From positions 82,336,001 through 82,400,000 of the forward strand of contig OX597827.1 in NCBI GenBank assembly GCA_951406725.2: a stretch of DNA of 64,000 bases, in the 5' to 3' direction. The notes under the pieces are model-generated. The model was not told the origin of the DNA, searched no databases, and was given only the letters and a program-made list of their open reading frames with translations. This document shows positions 41,117 through 53,880 of the stretch, one piece after another; position 1 is the first letter of the stretch, and each line of letters starts with the position of its first letter. The position numbers were made by a program, and so were the translations under genes. This DNA comes from Octopus vulgaris. Its lineage: Eukaryota.

Positions 41117-42470
41117 CATCATCATCATCATCATTGTTTAGCGTCCACTTTCCATGCTGGCATGGGTTGGACGATTTGACTGAGAACTGGCAAGCCAGGA
41201 GTCTGCACCAGGCTTCAATTTGATTTGGCAAGGTTTTTATTACTGGATGCCCTTCCTAATGCCAACCACTCCAAGAGTGTACTGGGTGCTTTTTACGAGC
41301 CACCAGCATGGAAGCCAGTCAAGCAGCCCTGGCATCAGCCACACTCAAATGGTGCTTTTTACCTCTAGTTCTGGTAGTGACTCGGCTCTTAGAGCAAGGT
41401 CATCCACATAGAGGAGCTTCCAAGGGTGGCCTGTCTTGAATTCCTGTCATTACCTGGAGGACTATGATGAACAAGAGGGGGTCAAGGACTGATCCTTGGT
41501 GAACCCCTACTTCTACCCGGATTCCTTGCTATACTCATTGCCAACCTTCACCTTACTAACAGCATCCCTGTATATGGCTTGTATAGCTCTCACTAACCAC
41601 TTATCTATCCCTATTTTCCACATTGACCACCAGATAAGGGATCAGGGAACCCTGTCAAAGACGTTCTCCATGTCAACAAAAGCCAAGTACAGAGGTTTAT
41701 CTTTGGTTAGGAATTTCTCATACCAGAAATATAGCATCCGTGGTGCTTCTCCTTGCATTTCATCTAAACTAACTCTCTCCCTAATTAGTTGGGCTATGAC
41801 CCTCTCCATGACTTTCATCACCTGATCCAACAATTTGATATCTCTAATTATTTCTATCTGTCACCTTTACCTTTATAACAGATGACTTTGGTGCTGCTGC
41901 ACCAGTTATTGAGTATGACTCTTTCATGTATCACCTGATTAACTATACAGGTTACTAGACTATAGCCTACACTGCCAGATATTTCAAGCATCTCAGCAGT
42001 GATTCCTGATGGGTCAGGAGCCTTCCCTGTCTTCATATCCTTAATTGTTTTATCTACCAAGGTACTGTCAATTTGGATAGCTGGTCCCTCTGTTGGGTCG
42101 TCATTTGGCAGACTCTCTTTCTCCCATTCATTATCTTCATTTAACAACCTTTCATAGTGGCATCTCCAAGTCTCTCTCTTTACAGCACCATTAAATGCAA
42201 GTGAGCCAGCATCCATGCAGACACATTTCCTTCCTATGACATCGCAATTTTCTTTCACACACTGTCTTGCAACACGAAATACCTCAAGTCTCTGATCCTC
42301 ACAATGCTGAATATTAGCAAATTTCTTCTTATTAGCTTCCCTTCGGGCTAAGTAAACCTGTCTGCTAGCATCCCTTCTGGCGATCTGATACAGTTCCCTG
42401 CTACCACCACACTTCCAGTCCTTCCATGCCTGTTTCTTTTCCCTAATGGCCCCTATCAACTGCATTGATC
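41115..42470 (-). mobile_element. Internally deleted RTE LINE (linker + RT start + 3' tail)
   Basis: ORFs 41854-42465 (WRCHYERLLN, MKTGKAPDPSGITAEML, YKGKGD) and 41642-41833 (LYLAFVDMENVFDRVP). Confidence 0.88.
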
Positions 42471-42782
42471 CATGTCATCTTAGGTTGAGAGGGGACTTTG
42501 CTCCAGCCATAGATATATATCATTTCATGTGTGTGTATGTGTCTTTATTTATATGTATGCATGTATATATAAATGTGTGTGTGTATTGTAATGCAACAGT
42601 TGTAAATTATATCAATGATATATTTTGCAAAGTGCAAACTTTATCTGGTGTAGAACTCAATACTCTAGTTAGAGTGTATAATTCTATATCTGTTATATTA
42701 ATGTTGACAGTCTACTCTGAGTTTCATCCTTAGCTGGGCTGTTCAGTCACACATGTAAATATATATATATATATACATATAT

Positions 42783-43136
42783 AAGGTAGTGAATAATTCA
42801 TTAGAAATATCACCACCAGTGGCCTAGCATGTATAAATAGTCAATAGACAACATATACTTATTTTAAAATAGTGTACATTTAAACACAAGAGAAAACTAC
42901 CCTTTAACAGGTCATTTTTACATGCTAGAAGAAGCCGCCAAAACCACAATTTAATAGCTATTTTCGAAGGAAATGAAAAATAAAAACTTTTACCTTGTTA
43001 TTTCAAAAATTGCTATTAAATTGTGGTATTGGCCATTTTGGGTGCTTCTTCTAGCATGTAAAAATTACCTGTTAAAGGGTAGTTTTCTCTTGTGTTTAAA
43101 TGTACACTATTTTAAAATAAGAATATGTTGTCTATT

Positions 43137-43142
<6 letters not shown>
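42783..43142. mobile_element. Palindromic element in (TA)n with one-sided tail
   Basis: Arms ~42837-42968 and ~43000-43142 are inverted; extra ~54 nt on the left. Confidence 0.8.
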
Positions 43143-43190
<48 letters not shown>

Positions 43191-43739
43191 ATTTATGTAT
43201 GTATGTATGTATGTATGTATGTTTGTATGTATGTATGTATGTATGTATATATTGTTGTACTTCAGGACAGTCATTTTATTTACTTATTTATTTTGACAAA
43301 TAAATTTTTATTATTTTGATGCCTGTCCATTGTCTAAAAATCTTTCATCACACATCTGTGGCCTCTTCAGTGACACTTTTCATTTTCATATGTGTTCTTG
43401 CTCCACTCACTCCATTCTATTCTTCTAAGTACATATATGCTGCGTGTGTTTATTTGGCAAAAAAGAAAGAAGTAATAATAAATAAAATGACCATCCTTAA
43501 GTACGATATCTGTTTCAACACACGATTTCACATCAGGACTCTTGCAAAACGAATTGGTAAACGTATATTTATATATATATATATATATACACACATATAT
43601 GTTTGTGGGGGGGGGGGGGTGTATGATATATGCATATCTGTATGTGTATATATTTTTTTATTATTATAAATCTTCCACTGAGGTGGGAGCCTGTTTCCAA
43701 CAAAGATACAAGGCTCCCTCTTTGGGATGTAGTTAATAC

Positions 43740-44525
43740 AGACAAATTCACATTTGGAACTTGAGAAAAGTTTTGCATATTTTTACTGTTCCACTTACTG
43801 AAAAATCAAGCAGAAAAAGATTTGATTTGGTTTTTCTCAAACGTGAAAAACTTCAACCAGCTTCAAAAAATTAGCAGAAGAAATGACAGATGCTTATGTG
43901 CAGATCCTTCTGAAGTTCCAAGTGTTATGCATACAAAATTCCCTGCAACTGTCATGGATGAAGGACATGTGATGCCTCCTTATTTCTTTCCACAAGGAGT
44001 TAACTCTGCTGCCTACAGTGAGGTCCTGGAAACAATTGTTAAGCCCTGGATAGACAGTGTATACAATGGAAGGCGATATGTGTTTCAGTAAGACTCTGCA
44101 CTATCAGACATGGCTCTAGTAAACACAGGAATGAATGGCTGAAAATGTTCATGATCACATAACCCCTAACATTTGGCCTCTTAATTCCCCAGATCTCAAT
44201 CTGTTAGACTATTATAAGTGGAGCATTGTTGTGAGAGAGGTCAAGGAGCATGCCCATAGCACCAAAGATTCTTTAAGAGCTGCCATTGTCAGAGTAATGT
44301 CCAAAATGAACCAGGACCACTTGAATCGAATATGTAGGTGATTTAGATCTCATATAGAAGCAGTTGTTGAAGCTGAAGATGGCTTTATTGAATAACTTTA
44401 TAGAAAAAAAGGTTTATTTTTTTATCGTCATAGCATTTTTTGATCAATAAAGTTATTATCCATTATTATATATCTGTTCCTTTTATAAACATAAATCTGT
44501 CCCCAGATATCTTACACACCCTGTA
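43740..44525 (+). mobile_element. Tc1/mariner DD37D (maT) remnant
   Basis: FFSNVKNF, YVFQ*DSA..WPLNSPDLNLLDY (37 residues allowing one frameshift), VVEAEDGFIE*, terminal CACACCCTG|TA. Confidence 0.85.
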
Positions 44526-46707
44526 TGGGTTTGTGTTCAGTTCCCTTTTTACAGATTTAAAGTTTGAACGAACTCTACTTTCACTAATTCATTTTTAACA
44601 GCTTCACTGAAAGAAAATGTTTTTGATTTGTTAAACACATTTGAATCATTTCGGAATATCTTTGGGAATTTGAATATTTATGATGAATTTGATTCATAGC
44701 AGTCAAAACCTTTTCTGCAAAATATGTGACATCAAAGACTTCTTAGAGTTAGAATCTATAAGAAGGTGGTTTCATTTCCTGATTGCTATAACTCTACACA
44801 GAAGCATTAATCTGATTCTCTGAGAGACTTTGAGCAGAGCTTGGAGAAAGAGAAGTCATTGATAAGGTCATGAACTGTGGCAAAAGAACTTTGATTCACA
44901 GACAACCGATTGATTAAGCTGCACATTAAACAAAGAATTGATTAGTTAGATGGTTAGATATTTAACCATTTGACTACCCAAAAAGCACTCAGTAGACTCT
45001 GCTGGGTGGTTCGTGTTAGGAAGGGCATCCAGCCATAGAAAGCATGTCAGAAACAGACTATAGGACTTGGTGCAGCTCTTCAGCTTGATGGCTCCTGTCA
45101 ACCATGCAACCCATACCAGCAAGGAAAATGGACTCCAAACGATGATGATGATGGTGGTGGTGGTGGTGATGGTGATGGTGATGATTGTGTGTGTGTGTAA
45201 AAGAGCTACTTCCTACCCAACTGCCAACTCAAGCATTTACCATGGTTTGTCTAAATCCCAAGAACATCACATGACCTGCCACCCTTATCACATGGAAATG
45301 TTGGGGTGATGGTGGTGGGGGGTGGGGGAGCTTTTGTCAACACGGAGTTGTATGCTAGTATATAACACCAATACCAAAACCATATATACTCCATATAAAA
45401 CCGATATTAAAACCATGTTTGTTCCATTTGAACCAAATGTCAAAACCGTCAACCTCCTGTCTCTTCCCCACCCTCTGCACCATCTTCTCCTCCTATTCTG
45501 GAATTTTCTTACCATTCTTTTATCAACTATAAGCAGAAATATGGCAGAGACAATAAAAAGCCACTTTTGCTGTATTTATGATTTTTAACTTTGAATGTTG
45601 CCATTGTTGATCCTTATTTCTTCATATTTTGGGCATTATTGGTCCAACTGCTTAGCATCAAGTCAGTGCTCATTGAACAGATCTATAATCAAAGATAATC
45701 CTCATTTGATCATCTTGTCCGATCTTTTTTTTTCCTTTCTTCTTCAGGAATCATGTACTTTGTCCAAAGAGTCATGTTTTAACAACATAAATGTTAATTG
45801 AGGAAAATTTGGCTGCTATTTCCAACATGTCAGCAGTCAATTTAGTAGCTCTTTTTAATAAGCCGATTAAATACATACCAGTAAGATACTAAGGTCAAAC
45901 ATAACATCGATTATTTCTCTCTACACCAAAAATATTGTAATAGAGGGAAGGCTCATCAATAGTATTGTTTGTTGTTGTGTGTTGGGGAATGAAGCTTTCT
46001 CTATTCACTGGCTGAAGAAGGCATCCTGCTGGCAGAAATGTTAGCACCCCGGGTGAAATGCTTAGCGGTATTTCGACTTTGCCTTTCATCCTTTCAGGGT
46101 TGATAAATTAAGTACCAGTTGCATTCGGGAGTTGACCTAATCAAACGGCCCCCTCCACAAAAATTTGTGCCTAGAGTAGAAAATATTTATTAGCTGAGGG
46201 AGTTCACAGTTTGAAAGTTCAGAGGAGCAGTAACTGCTGTAGTAGTGGTAGATAACAAAGAGAGAGGACATATGAAGAAGAACAAATATATATTTATAGT
46301 TACCAGATCAGGTTGGAGCTTGTTGCAGCCATCTGGCTTGCCAGTCCTCAGTCAAACCGTCCAACCCATGCCAGCATGGAAAGCAGACATCAAACGATGA
46401 TGATGATGATGATTATGATGAGTTGTGTATATGTGTGTGTGTTATTATGTGAGTGTATGTGCCTATGTGAGTGTATGTAAGAACATGTGTGGATGCTGGT
46501 GTGTTTGAGTGTGTGTATGTGGGCAGATGAATTTACATGTGTGTGTATGTGTGTGTGTGCATATCTATGTATGTCTAAGCATACAAGTGTGTAAGTGTGC
46601 CTATGTGTGTATAGTCTATGCGTGTGTGTGTGCATCTATGTGTATATAAGCATGACCATGTGAGTGAGTATGTATGTGCCTGTTTCTGTGGGGATGTGTT
46701 TATGCAT

Positions 46708-46792
<85 letters not shown>

Positions 46793-46886
46793 GTATGTGT
46801 GTGATGAAGCTTACATTCAAAAGAGAGTGATGGATCATGGTGAAAGTGATCTCACAGAGGTCAGCTTTATATGATAGACACACACT

Positions 46887-46935
<49 letters not shown>

Positions 46936-47519
46936 TCATACACATACTGACACAGACATACACACACACATATACACATACATACATGCACACACAAATC
47001 AATACATTTTGAATATTGATTTTGGTTGTTTTGCCTTATATTTCTTTGCAACACTTTGTTATCATCACCACCACCACAGCATCACAACGACTGCTATCAC
47101 AATCATCCTCATCACAAATTCATTACCATCCCTACCGCCACCACCACCACCACCATCACCTCATATTGGTATCAGTTTTCCCAAGTGTTTGATTGTCCCC
47201 TTTCCACCTGCCCTCCCCCCACACACACCTGTCCTCCATATGTCTTAATCATTTCTTACCTGAAATTTACCTGTTATTCTCCAACTACCTTTTATACCCC
47301 ACTTTCTCCACCACTACACACCTGGTCCCTATTCCTGTCTTATCCCCAGCTACTCTACAAAACCTCTATCATAAAAAGACAGAAGAGAAGCAGGTTCAAA
47401 CTCAAGAGGGATACCCAGACAATCTATATTCATTGATGTGTGGATGGTCATTATATACTATAATGAAATATCAGTAATCTGGTTGTTTATGTGGGAAGTT
47501 ATATGACCAACACTGCTTT

Positions 47520-47955
47520 AGTGTGTCTTGAGAGTGTCATTAGGCCAATAATAACACATGCACTGGTCCAATTCCTCTTCTTTATTGCTAGTTGGTTATA
47601 TATCTACACCAATTAATTAATTGATTGTTTGTTTAATGTGCTGTTTAAACTAACTAATTGATTGTTTGCTTAATAGGCTGGTTTGACTAGCAAACAATTG
47701 GTCAAAGTCCTTTTGTTGGACAGACTCAGGGCACACCTTGAAGAGAGAGAGAACAAATCATTGAAGAGGTCATGAATAGAAACAAAAAGAATTTGGCTAA
47801 CGAACAACCAGCTGATTGCTTAATCAGCACATTAAACAAATGATTGATTGGTTAGTTGGTTAGATATTTAACTGATTGACTGACAATAAAGGAGTGGAAT
47901 TGAACCTGTGTGGGTGTTATTGCTATTGGTGTAATGAACCTCCCAAGAAACAACA
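47520..47955. mobile_element. MITE-like long imperfect inverted repeat; partial copy at ~44820-44975
   Basis: CCAATAATAACAC..CAATTCC..CTTTATTG..TTTGTTTAATGTGCTG mirrored by CAGCACATTAAACAAA..CAATAAAGGAGTGGAATTG..GTGTTATTG. Confidence 0.7.
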
Positions 47956-48805
47956 AAATTCATTTCAACACACAAATCTAGAAAAACAAAATACACAAAT
48001 GAAGTTCACTGTTTTAGCTTTGTTATTAAACTGATTTTAATCAGTAAACAAAGCTTGTTTGTATCAGATCAATATTAGGACCCCTACCTTTCTCTTTTAC
48101 ATTTAAAGTGGTGGTAGTCAGGGCTACCACCTGTTCAGAGGGAATGTGTCTGAGAGAGGGAACTAAGAGAGAGAGAGAGAGAGAGAGAGACAAGATTAAG
48201 GCAAAAGGGGGAGTAAAGAGATAGTATAAGTGTGGTTGTGTGTGGATAATAGAATGAGAGCAGTGAGAAAGTGGCAGAGAAGGAAGTGATAGAAGAGAAT
48301 GTGACATGCAGCTACGTGAGGATGCTTGACAAGGACATTGAATAGAGAACCAGCATGAGGAGTGTGATGGGTGGTAGGGAAAGCAGAGTGAGGAAGAGTG
48401 AGTGATTGTGTGTGATAGGTGAGGGTAAAATGGAGGAGGAGAGCAATAAAGATGGGTCATAGTGTGAGGATCATTGGGTATAAACAAATCTGATACCATC
48501 AGCATTTCATAGACATCATGTTGGAAAAGAGTGACAGAGGATGATGAGTGGGTTTCAATATGAATTGGTCCAATCCACACATTAGTACCCTGGTAGAAGG
48601 GAATAGAAGAGAGAGTGTGATGGATGGGAGAGTAACGTAAAGGGAGTTGTCGATGGTGGAAACATTCAACAACCTCTCAGGAATACCACTTTCATGTTCC
48701 TTTCTAATCAATAAAGATGAGAATGTTCATAATTGTTCCTGACCCACTTCTCTCCAACGATGTCTCACCTCTCTTCAGTACACTACCTTACAGTATGATC
48801 CTCAT

Positions 48806-48837
<32 letters not shown>

Positions 48838-49138
48838 ACTCTCTCTCTCTCACACACACACACAGATGAATTTAGCTGAAACTAAACTCAACTATACTAA
48901 ACTCTCATATTTATACACACGCACACGTAATGGAGTTGAAACATCTGGCCATGTTGTAGAGAATAATTTAACCAAATATATTTGATTCTGTTGTTAACTT
49001 TAAAGATTTTATTTAATTCTCAATTAATGCAATCATCCAATTGGAATTTCTCTGTCTCTATATGTGGACACATATTTCATGTATACACACAAATAAACAC
49101 ACGCACACATGCAATACATACATATATATACAAACATC

Positions 49139-49171
<33 letters not shown>

Positions 49172-49704
49172 GCAAATAATATGCAAACACATATATATAC
49201 ACATAAATATACATATTTTATATTATATTTTATATAATATGTGTGTGTGTGTGTATATATATATATATGCATGTGTGTGTATATTTAGGGTGATGGTGGT
49301 GTAGGGGAGAACATGCTGTTTATTATAACGTAATATATGTAAAAATAAATATCACTGAGGCCCCTTAAGTACATTAACAGCAGTATCTATGGCTGGTCCT
49401 CACCCTTGGGACCAGCCTAGATACGACTGTTAATGTACCTAGGGATTAGTAGATGCTGAGGGTGGGGTAGGGGTAAGGGTCTGATATGAGAGTGCCATTG
49501 GGTTGTGGTGAGAGTGGTGTGCATTGTAATGGTAGAAAGGTTATGTGCAGTAATGTACACACACACACATATATATATTTGTGTATATATATATATATAA
49601 CTGTATATACAAATATATATATCTATATATATATATATATAAATAAGTACATATATATATAAATAAGTATATATATATACATACGTATATATATATAGAC
49701 ATAC

Positions 49705-49756
<52 letters not shown>

Positions 49757-51239
49757 ACACACATGTATGTAAATATACATTCACACATATACACAAAAAT
49801 ATGCATATATATGTGTGTATGTGTAGTAAAATTGTGAAATTATTTGTAACAATAATTATCTTCTTTGCAAAACTAATAATAAAGACATGAAATATTGAAA
49901 AGTTGCCATTCTCTCCTCCCTCTCCTCCCTCCCTCCCTCCCTCCCTGTATCACCTTCCTCCTACTCCTCCTCCTGCTCCTCCTTTGTTCTATAATGACTG
50001 TTATGATTATTTGCCTTTCTGTCCAGCCTCTCCACCCAGCACCCTTTTTTCCTTCTCTCCCTCTCACCCCACACCCTCAGACACATCCATCACCGTCGTC
50101 CCTACCACCACCGTCATCATTACCATCTTTGTTCTCTTCAGCCTCCTCTTCTTCATCATTGTCGTCATCATCATTGTTATAATTATTATCAACATTATCA
50201 TCACAACTACCACCACCACCACCACCACCACCACCACCACCACAACCATCTTTCTCTCCTCCTCCTCCTTCTTCTTCTTCTTCTTCATCATCATCATCAT
50301 CACATTCCACTCTTGTCATTTCGATCCCCTTTGTTGTTTCAGATATTTCTCTTCTACTGCCTGCTGTTGTTACCCAAATTGTTGTTCGTGTTGTTGTTGT
50401 CATTGTTGCTGTTTACTTATCCAGTGACAACACAGCTGATCAGAATGCGGTGGGGTTGGGGGGAGGGGTTAGGGTTAGGGTGCAGCAGATCCTTGTTATA
50501 ACAATATGTAAAAGTAAATATCACAGAGGCCCCTTAGGTACATTAACAGCAGTGTCTAGGGCTGGTCCTTACCCTAGGGGTTAGTAGAAGCAGGTGGTGA
50601 TGGTGTCGGTGGTGTGAGGGACTGATATGGCCGTGCAGTTGGTGGGGGTGGGAAGAGTCTCATGGGCAAGAACAGCAGCTAAATGCGTGTGTGAGACTAT
50701 TTATAGATACACACATACACACACATATTTATATATACATACACACATACATACATATATACATACATACATGCATACATACACATACATGCATACATAC
50801 ATACACACACACATACATACATGCACACACACATACATACATACATAATACATGCACACATACATACACACACATACATACACACACATACATACATACA
50901 TACATACATACATACATACATACATACATAGATACACGCACACATACATACATACATACATACATATATACATACATACACGCACACATACATGCACACA
51001 CATATATACATACACACACGCACACACACATACATACATACATACATACATACATACATAATACATGCATACATACATACACATACATACATACATACAT
51101 ACATACATACATACACGCACACACACACACATACACACATACATACATACATACATAATACATGCACACGTACATGCATACATACATACATACACACATA
51201 CATACATATATACATACATACATGCATGCATGCATGCAG

Positions 51240-53234
51240 AAAAAAGTCAAGGTAGAAAATGCTAAGATAATTTTATAAAAAAACATTTCAGTACCGGTTT
51301 CAGTCATTGAGACTTCTTCAACTCTAAGTATGGAAAACAATTAAATTTTTGAAAGATTGAAAGAAAAGTTTTTTAAAAGAATATTTGCAGAGTATTCAAA
51401 TACAAGGGGCATTTTCCTTGTTTCTGCTTGTCTCTGTCTCTCATTTTCTCTTGTGGATTTGAGGTCCTCGTGACTTCTTGGTAGGGAAGAAGAAGAAGTA
51501 GAATGTGGGAGTGGCATGATAGTAGTATGTTAAATGGTCAAGTGCCCTAAAAGTGACCCATTGTGGATGGTCGTAGTGATTGAATTCTTGAGGCATCTCT
51601 TTTGAATATTTTGGTTATAAAATTTGCATAGGTGTTATTCTAAACAGTAATTGTGGTAAAATTAGGAAGGAGGTAGCAGAGAGGAAGAAGACAAAGAAGA
51701 AGGAGAAAAAGAAGGGAGAATAAGAAGGAATGTAGGTAGTATGATAGTAGTAGTGTGTTAGATGGTCAAGTGACCTAAAAGTGACTCGTTATGGATTATA
51801 GCTGTGATTGGGAATATTTTTTAATGAATTCTTGGGAATCTCTTGAGTGTATCATTTTTAATATTTGTGTGTGTTTTTGTGTTATTCTAAGACTGTGGGG
51901 GATATGTCATTTGTTGTAGATGCATTCAAAAGTGGTCTGTATTTTGTAATAAAGAGAGTCTCTTTACTAATTCATTGGCTATAGGTTGTATCATACCTGA
52001 ATTAGTAGAGGGGGAAAATTCTGAAGCTTGGATTTTTGTTATTGGTGCAAATGTTGATGTGTTGGCTGAATGCTATTTTTCTGTTTTGGAGAATTTTGAT
52101 CTGGGATCTGTGCAGAGCCATTCTTTTACATTGACTGTTTTTGTTTGGCCTATGTATTACTCTTGACACCCAGAGCAGGTTAGTGCATATATCAGGTTCT
52201 CCAAAGCACATGTGAAGTTGCTTTTCACTGTGAAACGTCCCTGTTTGAAGGAGAACTCTGATCCCTCTGTTAAATTGATGCATATCCCACAGTTGGGTCT
52301 TCCGCATTTTTTTACTGACAGCTTCTGTGGTGTTGTTGAGCATATTCGGGCTTGTGTTAGGAGACTTTTCATAGATTTGGATTGTCTCTTGCTTTTTATG
52401 ATGGTGTGTGTTTGGAGGATTAAGTTCATTCTGTGGTCCTTTTTTTAGCAGGGGAATGTTTTCAAGGATTGTGCCAAAGGCTTCATTGTTAAGAGGGTTG
52501 TGTGTGGAGATGTATGGTAGGGCTTTTGGTTGTAAATCCTTCTTTAATTTGGGATGTCTGGTGATGTGTGTATCCTTTAGTTTATGTAGTCGTGTGTCTC
52601 TGGTGTTTGCATTAGAAACTATAGTACATATCCTTTTTGCTAGGTTGAAGGGGATATTCATTCTGGTGTGTCTGGGGTGGCATGAGTTGAATGGTAGATA
52701 TCGCTTGGAGTCCATGGGTTTATAGTATATATCTGTTTCTATTATGTTGTTAGATTTCTTAATGAGGATGTCGAGGAAGGGAAGTTGTTGATGACAATAT
52801 TCCATTGTAAATTGAATGTTTACATCAAGTCCATTTATAAGTGCTTGGAATTATTTAAGTTTCTCTATATTTTCATGCCAAAGAATGAAACAGTCATCCA
52901 AGTATCTCTTCCAGTTATTTTCTAGGCATAGAGACAATCCAATTCTGGCCAGAGAATTACGCCAAAGAACTCCCACATTGCATCAAAAAAGAATTTGTGA
53001 TAGAAGGGCTAAAATTCATCCTGGAAAATAACTACTTCATCTTCAAAGACAACTTCTATCAACAAAAATTGGGGACTGCGATGTGTACGAGAATGGCCCC
53101 CTCCTTTGCTAACCTAGTCATGGGATATCTAGAAATTAGTCTTTATCGTAAGGTTCTAGAAAAATACAGCAGCCCATTCTCCCTCTACATAGAAAATAAC
53201 TGGAAGCGATACCTGGATGACTGTTTCATTCTTT
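51240..53234 (-). mobile_element. Degenerate Penelope-like element with inverted 5' segment
   Basis: Minus: WKRYLDDCF, LPFLDILI, IYYKPMDS..SCHP, CGRPNCGIC, NLIYALTCSGCQE*YIGQT; plus 52924-53234: QQKLGTAMCTRMAPSFANLVMG..WKRYLDDCFIL. Confidence 0.9.
51286..51325 (-). ncRNA. Minimal hammerhead motif at PLE 3' end (C3U variant)
   Basis: Minus AG-TTGAAGA-AGTC-TCAAT-GACT-GAAAC-CG-GTA-CT. Confidence 0.65.
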
Positions 53235-53539
53235 AATGTCTGCTTTTCCATGCTTGTATGGATTGAGGCTCAACAATCTGAGGAGGTCTGCCTTCACCAC
53301 TTCCACTCGTGTTTTCTTCAGACTTTCTAGATATATACTCATACACACACATGCACACATACATACCAACACAGTAACACTAAGGAAATTAATCTAGTTT
53401 ACTTAATTATTTTGCTGTCAGAACTTTCATTATCAGAAAAAGTTAAAGACATTGATAAGTTCTTTTTAATTATTGATAGAATCATACACTCATTAAAAAG
53501 AAGAAAATTCCATGTAATTTCATCTAAAAATATACACCT

Positions 53540-53880
53540 GTTATATAGACAAACCTTCTTGGAACAGAATTGGACTTCATTTGCAACGGCAGAATATGAT
53601 AACACTGCTGCAACAAACTCTACTTAGAAGACATCGAAGCTGGCTTGGCCATACTTTCCATCAGTCTCCAGGGGAATTCCTTCATTCCCTTCCGAGGTTG
53701 TTGGCACAACTGAAGACATGATGGGCAATGGTAAAGGTGGACATGGGAGCACAATCAGGCCCCCATGTCTATGGTCTTCAGCAGTGGAACAAGGAGTGGG
53801 TATCCATTACAGCCTCAACTGCAACTGACCATCAGATGTGGGTCAGCATTCGTGTGGGACGTGGGGAATTCATTGCTCGG
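53540..53880 (+). mobile_element. Degenerate RTE-like LINE C-terminal fragment
   Basis: LLRRHRSWLGH..GPHVYGLQQWNKEW. Confidence 0.45.

Noticed and set aside
49369-49438. Twister ribozyme or miRNA precursor
   Set aside because: Only a superficial GCTGGTCC match; pseudoknots absent; explained by local inverted duplication
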